From Antedon mediterranea (lineage: Eukaryota; Animalia; Echinodermata), in the NCBI RefSeq assembly GCF_964355755.1, contig NC_092673.1, positions 11,256,948 through 11,320,947 of the forward strand: a stretch of DNA of 64,000 nt, written 5' to 3'. The translations under genes were made by a program, and so were the position numbers. Shown in pieces: positions 26,020 to 39,254 of the stretch; the first letter of the stretch is position 1; the number at the start of each line of letters is the position of its first letter. The notes beneath the pieces are model-generated. The model was not told the DNA's origin and did no database searches. It worked only from the letters and a program-made list of their open reading frames with translations.

Positions 26020-26695
26020 GATTATGATTATAGATTTAATTATATGTATGTTGGAGTGCAAATAATAGAGGGTGGAATCATCAGCATAAAGATCAAGAGT
26101 GCCATGTTCTGGAACAGTGGCAAGATCATTGATGTAAATTGTGAATAACAAGGGTCCAAGAATGGACCCCTGAGGTATACCGTGTGTTATGGTTACAAAA
26201 TTAGAATAAGTGTTTTTGAATTTAACTGTTTGAGTGCGGTTAGTTAGATATGATGTGAACCACTCGATGCCAGATGAGGATACACCACACCGAGTCAGTT
26301 TTCTAAGCATGATCTTGTGGTTGACCGTGTCAAAAGCTTTTCTTAAATCTATGAAAACTGACCCGGTGAGGCAACCCCCATTCATAGCATCGAGCCAGTT
26401 GTCACATGTGTTAGTAAGTGCTGTAGTGGAAGAGAAGTGTTTCCTAAAGCCTGATTGGTTATCTGAGAGAATGTTCTGTGCTGTAAGATAGTCATAGAGA
26501 GGATTGGTAAAACGGATATAGGTCGATAATTGTTGAGTTCGTCCTTGGCCCCACTTTTGTATATGGGAAAAACTTTGCAACTATGGCAATTTTTAGGTCA
26601 TTTGGAAAAATACCAGATGAAAGTAAAAGATTACAGATATATGTCACAGAAGGCGTAATAACAGGGGCTGCCAACTTGAGCAATTTGATAGGGTA
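26020..26695 (-). mobile_element. CR1/L2-group LINE RT fragment
   Basis: NQSGFRKHFSSTTAL..FIDLRKAFDTVNH..GIPQGSILGPLLFTIYINDL..LYADDSTLY; frameshifted upstream part. Confidence 0.9.
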
Positions 26696-28369
26696 ACTGC
26701 AAAAAACTGCAATTGCAAAATAACAACAGACGTGCATGTTAAACTTTAAGAATCGTAAATTAATTTAATTTATATTTTTAGCGGATGTTCTGACGTCACC
26801 ATATGGCCACCTCAAATTTTAAAAATAGAATTGTTTTCGCTTTAAAGAAAGATTTTTGCAGATGTTTGGTCTCGTTGAGAACAAGGCTGTTTACGAGCAG
26901 CTTACCGAGCCTTAACAAGTTAGTATTGTAGAAATTACAAATAATCCACCTCTTGATTCAGATTGTCTTTCAATGATGTTAAGCCTAGCATGTGGATTGC
27001 ATTATTCCAATGCATTTTATTAGCAATAGTTATACTTCGCACTTTTTAGGCTGATCATACACCTCAACTGTATATAACAGTTTTTTAAAGATATTTCAGG
27101 TACTGAAATCAGCTTCCATCAATTTATGCCTTGACATTTTCATATATTTTAATGTATCATTTATTTTGTAGACTTGAATAGTTTTATTATTAATAATATA
27201 TACTGACTTTAAATGCAATAGTTTCATTATATGCATCTAAATACTTTAATACTGTATGGACATGTATAAAGATTGCATTTATTGGTGCCAACTACTGTTT
27301 TTTTTCAGTACATTTGGTGCTATAACCATCTTCACTAGACTTTACAATATCTTAAATTTTATATATTCTTTATTCAATTTAATCATATGCAATAATTACT
27401 ACTTTATAGTTATCCAGTATGTAGAATGTATTTAGTATAATAAATGTTTTTCTTCTTAAAATATTGATGTGATTTATTTGAATTCCTGTCATATAGGTAA
27501 AACATGATATATTGTAGAGGAATACATGCATTATTGATGGTTAATTAATCATGGGGAAAATATCCCGTAACATTTTTTTGGGATATGACGCTAAACGTAT
27601 AAAGTATAATTTTATATGTAGCATAGGATAAGTTTTCAATTTTATCAAATAAGGGAGCGTGCCCAAATGTTTTTACTCCGTTAATAGACTTTTAAATGCG
27701 ATAATAATATGCAAAACGTTAATGAGTTGGGCGGTCTGTACTCAGCAGAGCGTATCATGGTTAATACTGTACAATGAAATTGAATTTACTATCTAACGCG
27801 TACAACGGAAGAACAACGTCCGTTGTTTTCGTCCGTTAAACGCCGACCTAACAGATCGTTTTTATATTCGTTAAACGCTCATTTAACGGACCCTTGTACT
27901 GACAATATCACACCACACATTACAGAGTTCTTCAATACAATAATATCTAATAATAATATGAAGATCGACGCCAATTGCTGTAGAAAGGGCCTTGAAACTG
28001 CAGATGATGTGGTAAACCGTCATTTCGACAGCAACAAAATGCTGTTAAAACAACCTTACCCAACATTAAATTATCAGCATCTACAATTCCACAATTTTTG
28101 TTGAACATTTTCAACTTATAGAACATTCCTATAATATACTAATTTTTTGTTTAGCATGCTTGACGTTAATTCTTTTTTTATTTTTTACCCCGTACACTTG
28201 ACCAAAAAAAAAAATGGCGAAATTGTAAACACGGATAAAACCCCGACTGTCATATCGATAGTATCAGCATGTATAGCCTTTATGGACGATGGTATGGACC
28301 AAACAATATAGAAACCGGTCGCCGTCTATCTAGAGCTAAAACATTTACTGACTGTAGCTGCCGCGCGAG

Positions 28370-28795
28370 TTAAGTGTGTCCAAAAACAGAGGAGGAAACT
28401 TTGGGCGATATGACGTCACGTTATTAGCAAGCACATGGTTTTTTATCACCGCGAAGCGATGTACAACACGCACCACAGTGTTTTTGGCCAGCCTCCGTCA
28501 TGCTGCTGCAAGGGTGTCATGTTTATTACAAAATACTAAAAAAACTGTGTACATTAACAATTATTGTATTACGTAAATAAATCATTACTTTAACTATCGC
28601 TGACCTCGAGTGTGTCCAAAAACAGAGGATGAAACTTTGGGCGATATCACGTCACGTTATTAGCAAGCACATGGTTTTTTATCACCGCGATGCGATGTAC
28701 ACACGCACCACGGTGTTTTTGGCAGCCTCCGTGATGCTGCTGCAAGGGTGTCATGTTTATTACAAAATACAAAAAAAAACTGTGTACATTAACAA
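28370..28795. repeat. Direct duplication of ~190 bp
   Basis: agtgtgtccaaaaacagagga...ctgtgtacattaacaat at ~28373 and ~28609. Confidence 0.9.
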
Positions 28796-28974
28796 TCTAT
28801 TTAGGCCTAAATGGTGTAATAGGCAAAACACTTACCGGTATACACAGTATATACTGTATATAAAATAAATATATAAAAACAATGTGCAATTGCCTTCTTG
28901 CAGTAGGGAGGCGTCGCAAAAAAGGGAATTCCCCTACTTGCTCTCAACCAAGCGCGAATTTCATATTCAGTGCG

Positions 28975-29585
28975 TTGTTCCGTTAAACGCCGAGTTAACG
29001 GACGATAGATGACAGATACTGTAGAGTATGCATCATTCGAATACCCATCATTCCCGGAGTTTACTGAGTTTTTGTGTCCGTTTAAACGCCGAGCTAACGG
29101 ACGATAGTATTAAATGACAGCATAATATAGAGTATAGCATCATTCCACAGGTTACTGAGTTTTTGTGTCCGTTAATAAACGCCGAGCTAACGGACGATAG
29201 TATTAAATGACAGATAGAGTATAGCATCATTCCACAATTTACTGAGTTTTTGTGTCCGTTAAACACCGAGCTAACGGACGATAGTATTAAATGACAGATA
29301 GAGTATAGCATCATTCCACAATTTACTGAGTTTTTGTGTCCGTTAAACGCCGATCTAACGGACGATAGTATTGAATTACAGTAGAGTAGCATCATTCCAC
29401 AATCTACTGAGTTTTTGTGTCCGTTAAACGCCGATCTAACGGACGATAGTATTGAATGACAGCATACAGATAGCATTATTCCACAGTTACTGAGTGTTTG
29501 TGTCCGTTAAACGCCGAGCTAACGGACGATAGTATTGAATGACAGTAGGCCTATATAGAGTAGCATCATTCCACAGTACTGAGGC
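28975..29585. repeat. Minisatellite, 7 units of ~81-98 bp, each with a hairpin
   Basis: Unit contains gtccgtta-aacgccgagc-taacggac. A related motif occurs near the host element end at ~27830. Confidence 0.92.
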
Positions 29586-29656
29586 TTTATGTCATATACA
29601 AATAACAATAAATCTGGGGAAAAGGCAGAATCCCAGAAAGATACAGGATCTTTGGT

Positions 29657-30726
29657 GGGTGTCACGAAACCTAAGACCACGAAAGCTAAGACCCCCTAAG
29701 ACCTAAGATCACGAAAGCTAAGACCCAAGACCTAAGATTACAAATATTTATCTTTCGCACCTGCCTTGTATTTTAACTCCCAACATTTATTCTGAATACC
29801 ACACCTTAGAATTGGCACTTTCATGAAAAAGAATCACATAAAAAGTAACAAATACATTTTTAAATTGATGATTTTACAGACGTTTTTCTCGCACACAAAA
29901 TGACTAGCCTACAGTACAGTAGGCCTACCCCATGTTCAATGTTTTTGTTTCTATGGAACGTCAAAAGAGCAAAAATTATATAGAGGGCTGAAAACTCTGT
30001 GGAGTCCATCTACAGTGTGGATGGAACAATGTAAAATTAAAATTGTAATGATAATAGTATAATCATGCAAGTACGAGGAAATAAATACTGGCAAATAAAT
30101 TTTAATTAAAAAATCATGATAAGTTTTTTTGTTTCGTTTTCTTTCTGTTTTTATACTTGTACTATTATTGTTGCTCTTTTGGCGCTCCATAGAAACAAAA
30201 ACATTGAGCATGGGGAGCTCGAGGAGTTACATTACAGTATACACAGAAACACATCTGTAAAATCATAAATTTAAAGGATTTATTTATTTGTTATTATGTG
30301 TTTCTCCTTCTGAAAGTACTTAAAGTCCTAATTTTAAAGTGTGGTGTTCAGGATAAAGTTAGTCAACAAATTTGGAGTCAAAATACAAGAAAGGCAGGTG
30401 CGTAAGAAAAACATCTTCTGAACCAACACAATGGAGTAAATATACAAACAAACACCCCGTCAAGTTTGTTTGTTGTAAAGAAAAAATATACATTTACTCA
30501 AAGGGCGAAAATAATGTGAGTTTATCTATGTTTTGCGGTGGTATTAAATTATATTTATGGTAATAAATGAAACCTACTGTGTTTAAAATTATGTATGGAT
30601 AAACAAGTATTGTTTTTAAGCTGTAGTATATCTTAGAATTTGTAATCTTAGGTCTTGGGTCTTAGCTTTCGTGATCTTAGGTCTTAGGGGGTCTTAGCTT
30701 TCGTGGTCTTAGGTTTCGTGACACCC
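29657..30726. mobile_element. Mutator/Foldback-like element with 10-bp TSD
   Basis: ~90-bp perfect TIRs built from ctaaga repeats (gggtgtcacgaaacctaagacc...); GATCTTTGGT duplicated on both flanks. Confidence 0.88.
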
Positions 30727-31085
30727 GATCTTTGGTTGCTTATGCAGATTGCAATCAGCACATTTTTTTCCGTGAGAAGAATTCCTGGCGTTAAATAAAG
30801 TGTACCTTTCGAAATCCATGTTCTTCACAGTCTGAACTGATACAGTAAATTATTTTTAAAAATGTTGTCTGAAGTGCAAATCTATATTTGATTGTTTAAT
30901 TAATGAAAAAGAGTTGAAACCGTCACAAAATGGCTCAGTCAAAGCAAAATTATTTAACAATTTTAACGAGAGGAGGAGCTTATCTTTCTAGGCTTTCTTT
31001 GTTATTAATTGTTTAATAGTATGTACAGTAATCTAAACAATAGCTACGCGATTGTCTGGCGGTGTACTTTTAACGAATCGTTCAT

Positions 31086-32877
31086 TATGGAAAGCCAAAC
31101 CCGCCAAAAATACATAATACATACCATCCACCAATAATTAATTCGTACAAAATTCAAACCATCCAATATTATCTCATGCAGTTCAATGAAAACTTAAACC
31201 ATTCACCTAGTATCTACACCATCCAATACAATGTGTGACCATCTACCACTAGCCCAAACGACAGTACGCCGAACAAACTACCCATAACACAAACCATCTA
31301 AAGAATGTTGAGCCCAGGCAGCAATAATTGAATTAATCTAACGTTAATACAAGTATATATTAGCCAACTCATTTATCAACATTTCATGTTGTTCATGAAC
31401 ATTTCAAACAAAGCATCTTAATTATAGTTCATCGAATTCTAATTCTAATACATTGCCTGTTTTATACACCGTTCGTCTGTTCAACAGTTTAAACAACTGT
31501 TTTGCACACGATACGCCCGTTCGTGAGTTCAAACCATGATATTTGAAGCATCGACTTTCCAAACAGCGATTTTTCGCACCGAACGTATTTTCTTGAGTTA
31601 AAGTGGTTGCATTTCAATCACTTACTTTTGAAAAGGGGGTTTTTTTCCGTAGTGTGTAATATTAAATCAACCACAACCACAACCGTAAGATGAGAACATT
31701 TTAGGAACAATGGACATGTTAATTGTAACAGGCCCACAAGCTAAATTATATTATTTCATTCTGTTTTTTTTTTTCATTATTTAAGTTTGTGATAATGTGT
31801 GTAACCAGGGAGATGTAAAATAAATTTATAAATTAGTTTACATCTCCCTGTGTGTGTAACGTAGGCCTAGGCCTAAGTAAGTGTCATACAGTCGTAAAGT
31901 TGACATTCACCCCCCCGCCCCTCAATATTAAATCGGCGCCAACAGTTACAATTTAACAATAAAACAATAAATGTGCGAACAACTACCGTTTAAAACTTGT
32001 CGAGTGGAATATCTACACTTTACATGCGTAAATGCGAATGATGTACAAAACTGACTATGGAAAGTATGAAAATTAAAAAATAGTATATCAACTGACATAT
32101 ACGTAAGCAGAGCCAAAAACTAACGTTTGAAAAGTTGTCGAATGAAATGTTATCACATGAAATCACGAACAAGCGAACGGTGTGTAATACTGGCCAATCG
32201 AAAGTAGGTGATTGAAATGCAACCACTTTAACTCAAGAAAATACGTTCGGTGCGAAAAATCGCCGTTTGGAAAGTCGATGCTTCAAATATCATGGTTTGA
32301 ACACGAACAAGCGAACGGTGTGTAATACTGGCCAATCGAAAGTAAGTGATTGAAATGCAACCACTTTAACTCAAGAAAATACGTTCGGTGCGAAAAATCG
32401 CCATTTGGAAAGTCGATGCTTCAAATATCATGGTTTGAACTCACGAACGGGCGTATCGTGTGCAAAACAGTTGTTTAAACTGTTGAACAGACGAACGGTG
32501 TATAAAACAGGCAATGTATTAGAATTAGAATTCGATGAACTATAATTAAGATGCTTTGTTTGAAATGTTCATGAACTACATGAAATGTTGATAAATGAGT
32601 TGGCTAATATATACTTGTATTAACGTTAGATTAATTCAATTATTGCTGCCTGGGCTCAACATTCTTTAGATGGTTTGTGTTATGGGTAGTTTGTTCGGCG
32701 TACTGTCGTTTGGGCTAGTGGTAGATGGTCACACATTGTATTGGATGGTGTAGATACTAGGTGAATGGTTTAAGTTTTCATTGAACTGCATGAGATAATA
32801 TTGGATGGTTTGAATTTTATACGAATTATTGGTGGATGGTATGTATTATGTATTTTTGGCGGGTTTGGCTTTCCATA
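31086..32877. mobile_element. Long-TIR non-autonomous element, IS3EU-like
   Basis: ~545-bp near-perfect inverted arms; TAT...ATA termini; GTTCAT 6-bp TSD; ~140-bp tandem duplication at the inner right arm. Confidence 0.8.
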
Positions 32878-33504
32878 GTTCATGGCCTAGCTCTCTGTAT
32901 TCGCGTCAATATCATGTTACATCCAGGGATAAAAAATGCGGTTTTTTTTTTCAGGTGAAAGTCGGCTATTAGAAATTTAGACACGTGTCGCCCGACGTAC
33001 CAGGCTAAAAAATACCATGAATCGGATCGTAAATAGTATGCTTAGACCTATATATTTTTACTTTACCGTGTAGGCCTAGGCCTATATATATTTTTATTTT
33101 ACGGTAGGCCTAGGATACAGTATAATACATGATTATTTTAATAAATATAATTATAACATAACACTAGATTTAATTCGTCACTATGACGAATTATAGGTTA
33201 TATGCATTGATTTAAATAAAGATAATTGATTTTTAAAAGATATATTGATTGATTGATTTTCTCAGAATCTTTAATTATTTATAATATATGATAGGACCTT
33301 GCTAACGCGAACACCATAGCCGCTATCACAATCCGATCAAAGATCCATATGCGTATAATGTCAAAAACCACATTTGTTGTTACATAATAATAAAGACATA
33401 AGTTAATTTTTATCTAGATTTCATTATAAATCATGTGTATAATCTATACACTAAGAAATAAATTTGAACAAGCAATACGGATAATAAAAAAAAAATCTTA
33501 TTTC

Positions 33505-33578
33505 GTTTCCCAAGGTGAGACTCGATCTCGGTACCTTGAATGCCATAGACACGAGCACAGACCATCGAGCCATACACA
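33505..33578 (-). other. tRNA-derived Pol III module in family B (also at ~48531-48604 and ~49948-50020)
   Basis: gtgtaTGGCTCGATGGtctgtgctcgtgtctatggcattcaaggtaccgAGATCGAGTCTcaccttggga followed by a long T-run. Homologous to the family C module. Confidence 0.6.
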
Positions 33579-34350
33579 ACTGACTAAACGTTGTAGAAAA
33601 ATTCCTCCGTGTATTTACTATGCAGTAACCACTTTGGTGCAAATAGATTATTACATACCGCAATGAATTATAATTTTTTACTATGATGACATCTTTAAAA
33701 TGTAAACAAATGAAGCACTGTCAAACTATATACTTTTAACTTTAATATATGAACTTTTGAAGGAAGAAAGTTAATGTTAAGTTTGTTATTTTGGCCTAAG
33801 AAAATGTCATAATTTGTTTGATTGTCGAAATTATTTTTTTTAAATTTAATATGCAATTAATGATGACTTAATCAACTTTAGAAAGATTGTAAAACAGAAA
33901 TCGGGCAAAAAGAGTGCGCATTAACGTTTAACGCGCAGTGCGCATGCAAAAATCTGCGCACTCATGGCAATTTTTTAAACGCTTAAAATTGCCTGAAACG
34001 TACTCTAATTACAGCGAAAATAAATTTTGACAATTTTGAAAATTTTAAGCGCGCGTACGCAAGCGTTATATGCGCTACGCACGTAATTGTATTGCCATAT
34101 GATGAAATGTGACCTGAAATTTATGAGTACCAAATTTTGTTTAATTGTGATTCATGCTTGTGAAGATATGATTACAAACGTGATTTCGTAAAATCGCGCG
34201 TAGACCGCGTAATTTTTGATTGCTCATCGTGAAAATATAACCACATCGATTCCTGGCCATAAGGAATATACTCTGAAAACTTGACTTAGCTAGATGAAAC
34301 TGATGCCAAGATAATTCACGGACAAAATAGTGCTAAGGAAAGAATAAATA

Positions 34351-35942
34351 AACTAGACATGAAACTCGTCACTTTGACGAGTTAGTTATCCGCTCGACAA
34401 ACGCCACGTGCACGTCATACGTTAGAATATTGCACACAGAAAAATATTAAGGCATTATGACCTGAACTGAAGAATATGATATGTTGTTATTTCTGAATTC
34501 TGTTATTTTGTGTCATATACATAGTATACACAGTACAATCTGTATACATATCACAAACAGTGTAAAATAGGTGAAATTACGGGACCCGTATTTTATTGTA
34601 ATTTTTGACATCTTGACGGTTTCTAAATGAAATGCAAAAGTAGAAATTTCAGAATGAAATTATCTCAGCAACAACATATTAACGTGTAGAAGAAATTTGA
34701 ATACGTGAAATATTGATGCGCGCTCTTTTAAATGTAATGAAATATAACGCAAAAGATGAAAATACGACTTTTTGTATTTAACTGGCCATATGATGACGTC
34801 ACAACATTCGATTGGCAAAATTTTCACATGATTTTGTATCTACAATACAATAGCTTCCTGAAAACGTTTTAATCGTGATTATCACATTTTATTCTTACGA
34901 GCTATAACAGATTAAAATTTACTGTAAAGATGAAATTAATGACCAATGTAATTTAAATTTTTAGGCATGATGACGTTAAAAAAATTAAACAAAATTTAAT
35001 TCATGCAAAAGATAGTTGATTGTCCTAGAATATATTAAAATCGGGGTGAAAATGGACAACGAATAAGTGGAGATGCGCTCTATTAAATGTGATGAGCTAT
35101 GACGAAAGAGACAAAAATCCTATATTTTATATTCGCGTGGCCATACGATGATGGCACAATGTCCGGTTAGCCATATTAATGCATGATTCGATATCTACAA
35201 CTCATCAACTTCCAGAATATGTAATTAAAAAAAAGTTCTCCATGTAGTTTAGAATCTATGACTGTTTAAAAATAGGCATAATTTTGACGAATTTTTGAAC
35301 TTTTTCACCAGAAACGCGTGCAAATTATTTAATTCGACGTGCTCGTATGACGTAATTTTAAGTCGAAATTGTTTAAAAGTTGGTAACATTACTATAAAAG
35401 GCTGAAAAAACATAAATCACGCGAAAAAAATATGTTTTTAACGCTACGTGTGAACCGCGTGCGTAAAAAGTTTCGCGCGCGTGGGAATTTTTGACATGCT
35501 CAAAATGACATGAAACGCATAGAAAGTTGATTAGAAGTTGATTTTTCGCACTATAAAATTTTAAACGCGCGTGCGCGCGTAACTTTTTGTGAAACATGCT
35601 ATTTTTAATCCATAGAAAGTTTGCGCTTGATGTGACTTAAATTTTCACAAAGTGTCAAAACAAAATTATGTTTCGTTTTTAGTCTATGATCAATCATTGA
35701 AATTCATAAAATCGCGCGTAAGTCACGTTGCGCAACTCTGACGTCATTCAAAAATAGGAGGTGCACAAGTTCACGTAAATGTCGATATGTTGACAAAGTT
35801 ACGATATGTTCTGTTTACACGTTTTAGAGAAACGCGACGCACAAAAATGACAGAAGGAAAGAAGTATAATACAGAAAAAAAAAAAAAATATGATGAAACA
35901 GGACGATTACAAGGAGTTATCCGCTACTAAGCGGATAACTAA
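34351..35942 (-). mobile_element. Helentron/HINE family A' nested in B0
   Basis: Near-identical to 24247-25829; inserted after gtgctaaggaaagaataaata. Confidence 0.87.
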
Positions 35943-37962
35943 TAAATAAAGATTCTGACAGAATCAAGAGGTTATATGCATGATAATGCATAAACCTAAT
36001 AACATACGAGCCCAAAAAGCTATTAAACGAATTAACAATCGTGTTAACAACCCGTTGTAACAACAATGACCGGACTGCTAATAACCCGTTATTTTGAGTC
36101 ATAGGATTTCACGCAACATACCATAACAAGGACTGTTAATAACGCGTTGGAATCATCGTTACGCAACACTGAACGGCATGCCCGGTCTCCCGTTAATTAC
36201 GCGTTAAACAATGGAGTGATCACAACAGCATAGTAGCTAGTAAAGAAGGAGGGCTTGATATGCCTCAATGAACACGCCCAACCCCATGTAAATTAGCTTG
36301 CATATAACGGTAAATCGTTAAACTAGTTGCGTTACAACAAGTTAAACGGAGGAAAAACATTTGGGCACGCTCCCTAAAAGTCATAGAAATTGACGTAAAT
36401 GACGGACCGTTGAAAAAATCTGCATTTAAAAAAAATTCCACCTAATTATATATGCGTAGACAAATTTGACACCTTTCCTGTCTTTTAAATGCGGGTCATT
36501 CCATGCCAACTCAACAAATGGGATGGCTGGGTACCCCTCAGATTTCCTTGAAACTCACATAATATGCAACTATATGTCTCACGAACACACCAAAAATTTC
36601 AGTTGCCAACTCCAAGTCGTTTAAAAGTTATGGCCATTTGAAAATGTGTCGTCGAATTTTTGGTCTTAATAAATTACCTTTTTGTAAAGTTGCATTTTTA
36701 ATTAGCCATATTTTAAAAACTATTAAAGCTAATAAGCTGAATATTGATACACTGACATAATTTTGGTCATAGATTAAAAATATGAAAAAAAAATTGCTGT
36801 ATCTCAATTAATTTTCGAGATTTTGATCCCTAGAAACCCCAATTTATTTTGTCGCAAACAGCTTCGGCAATTTTTACCCCATATTTAAATATGAAAATAC
36901 ATTTTTAAACTGATTTTTTCCTATACATTATTAATATATGGTGTTAAATGTATCAATACAAAAAAGTTCATCATTTTAAAAATTTATCCTAGGGGTACAC
37001 TGCGCGTCAAAAACTCACTCGGGACACAAAATACAAAAAATCATTACTTTTTCATTTTGAACTTTGACCTTGTGGGCAATAATTCCCAAAATTGAAACTC
37101 ATCATATAAGTTCATCAATGCATGATTCAGCTATGTACCAAATACCAGTTTGGTGTCTTTATTCCTTCATGTCTAAATATGACTATTAAATTTGTTTATT
37201 TTTGTTTTGCATTTTGTGTATATTTATAGCAATTTCAATGTAAAATGTGCTTTTCGGAAGATCATAATTTCAGTATTTTATCTCCTAGTGCTATCAATAC
37301 ATTCAATTTTAGACAATTTTAGTAGACTGCTGTGTAGTCATGGATACATGGTACATTCAAATCAAAACTATTTTTCAAGTGACCTACAGTATACAATGTA
37401 ACAATGTAAGGGTTTCATATCATTGAACTAATTCAGATTGCTGAAATTAATTTATAATAACAATACAATAAATTAATAATAATAATAATAATAATATAAT
37501 ATATTTTTTATTTCCCTGCTCCAATTGAAGTTGTAAAGCATAGAAACACATTTACTTTAATAAGGTGATTCATAAACTACAAATCCCCCATAACCCTGCT
37601 CATTACCATACTATTGCAGTTGTGTGCTTTTTTACTTGCTTTGAATATTGTCAATATACAACGTTGTTAATTGAATAACAACATTTTAGGCAGTGAAAAA
37701 AGTTTCATAAATCCAGCCCCTGAGCTATTTGTACTATTTAAAGTAGTGTCTAGTAAAAATTAAGTCTGGGCTATAGTAACTATTTTAGCCAAACTAGACC
37801 ATGGTCTAGCATATTATTTCAACTTTTTACAGCTCTACAATAAGTCATTGAGCTATCGCTGGATGCTCAGTGTACCATGTGCACCAGGTTACTACCGTAA
37901 GTATTGACCATTCAGAAACAGCCTTTCTATAGAGGGCGCATAAAAAACTGAGAGCTCTATGT

Positions 37963-38678
37963 GGGGTATTGCTAAACACTGCAAACCCCGCAAACCTCCA
38001 AAAAAACATAGCAAACCCCACCGAACCAACATAAAAGTGATTGAATCATGTAGTGTACAACCCACTGTGTATATTATTGTTTAAAAAAAATTAAATTTCT
38101 ACTGTTAACAACTTATTTTTGGGGTAAAACAACATTTTTTTGGTCAAAAATGATTGCTAAACCCCGCAAACCTCCAAAAAACTATAGCAAACCCCACCGA
38201 ACCAACATAAAAGTGATTAAATAATGTACTGTACGACCCAGTGGGTATATAAATTATTAAATTTCTACTGTTAACTACTTTTTGGGGGATAAAACATCAT
38301 TTTTTGGTTAAAAATTAGCAATCATTTTTGACCAAAAAATGATGTTTTACCCCAAAAATAAGTAGTTAACAGTAGAAATTTAATATATTTTTTTTACATG
38401 GATATACCTAGTGAGTTGTACACTACATGATTCAATCACTTTTATGTTGGTTCAGTGGGGTTTGCTATATTTTTTTGGAGGTTTGCAGGGTTTAACAATC
38501 ATTTTTTACCAAAAAAATGATGTTTCACCCCAAAAATAATTAGTTAACAGTAAAAATGTAATATTTTTTTACATGGATTTACCCAGTGGGTTGTACACTA
38601 CATGATTCAATCACTTTTATGTTGGTTCGATGGGGTTTGCTATGTTTTTTGGAGGTTTGCGGGGTTTAGCAATACCCC
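37963..38678. mobile_element. Foldback-type palindromic element
   Basis: ggggtattgctaaac ... gtttagcaatacccc. Each arm is two ~180-bp units, with almost no spacer; tctatgt recurs on both flanks. Confidence 0.8.
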
Positions 38679-38777
38679 TCTAGATACCCCTCTATGTGTG
38701 CATAGTTTAAATAGTTTTAGTTTTAAATATTTATTTCGAGTATATATAATATATTATTAAAATTCATGGAAGCTTAC

Positions 38778-38822
38778 CAAATACAATTCTCCATATGGCC
38801 GGATGTGGTCTTGTAAATGGTC
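38778..38822 (-). CDS. PTDSS1: PTDSS1 coding exon 3 (45 nt)
   Basis: ttttcAG acceptor and GTAAGC donor. Reads (G)PFTRPHPAIWRIVF(G), the conserved GPFTRPHPxxWR motif. Confidence 0.93.
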
Positions 38823-39254
38823 CTGAAAAAAAAAATGAAAATAACTAATTAATTTATTAACATTCATAAAATGTTTCTATTTTGTCCCATTGTTTTTGTC
38901 GGTATACATATTACATTTGTTTATAAAAATTTAATATTTAAAATAAATAATACTCACACACAGTTTACAATCTTTTGAATTACAGCTTGTAAACATTATA
39001 CTGTTGTTATTTCTATGACAGAACCATAACCATTTACCTTTTATGAACCTATAAATTATATAGGTCCATCTATATATAAATTATGGTTAATTCTGACATA
39101 GGCGAGCACAATGCAAAAACTTCGGTATAAATCTCCACCTTGGATACCTACCTTATCTATACAGATGTACCGCGAAACGTAGATTTTATAACATTAGTTA
39201 TTAAATTATTAATAATTATTAGGATGGTAGTTTTTTGTTTAGTTTAGAAACAAA

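Larger units (their letters stand above)
33163..35999 (-). mobile_element. Helentron/HINE family B (copy B0) with nested A' copy
   Basis: aCTAG end, hairpin aattcgtca-cta-tgacgaatt, sub-TIR taggttatatgcat, far end at 35943-35999. Internal deletion relative to B1 and B2. Confidence 0.85.
27653..36374. mobile_element. PIF/Harbinger-like non-autonomous element swollen to 8.7 kb by nested insertions
   Basis: 22-bp perfect TIRs gggagcgtgcccaaatgttttt / aaaaacatttgggcacgctccc; TAA on both flanks. Confidence 0.8.

Noticed and set aside
28975-29585. Palindromic repeats resembling CRISPR; 142-aa ORF at 29048-29476
   Set aside because: The sequence between hairpins is also repeated, so there are no spacers. 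The ORF is a by-product of the repeat.
36490-37470. Probable repeat fragments here and at ~16870-17750 and ~22060-22620
   Set aside because: They look repeat-like, but I could not establish paired ends, a TSD or a second copy, so they are not annotated.
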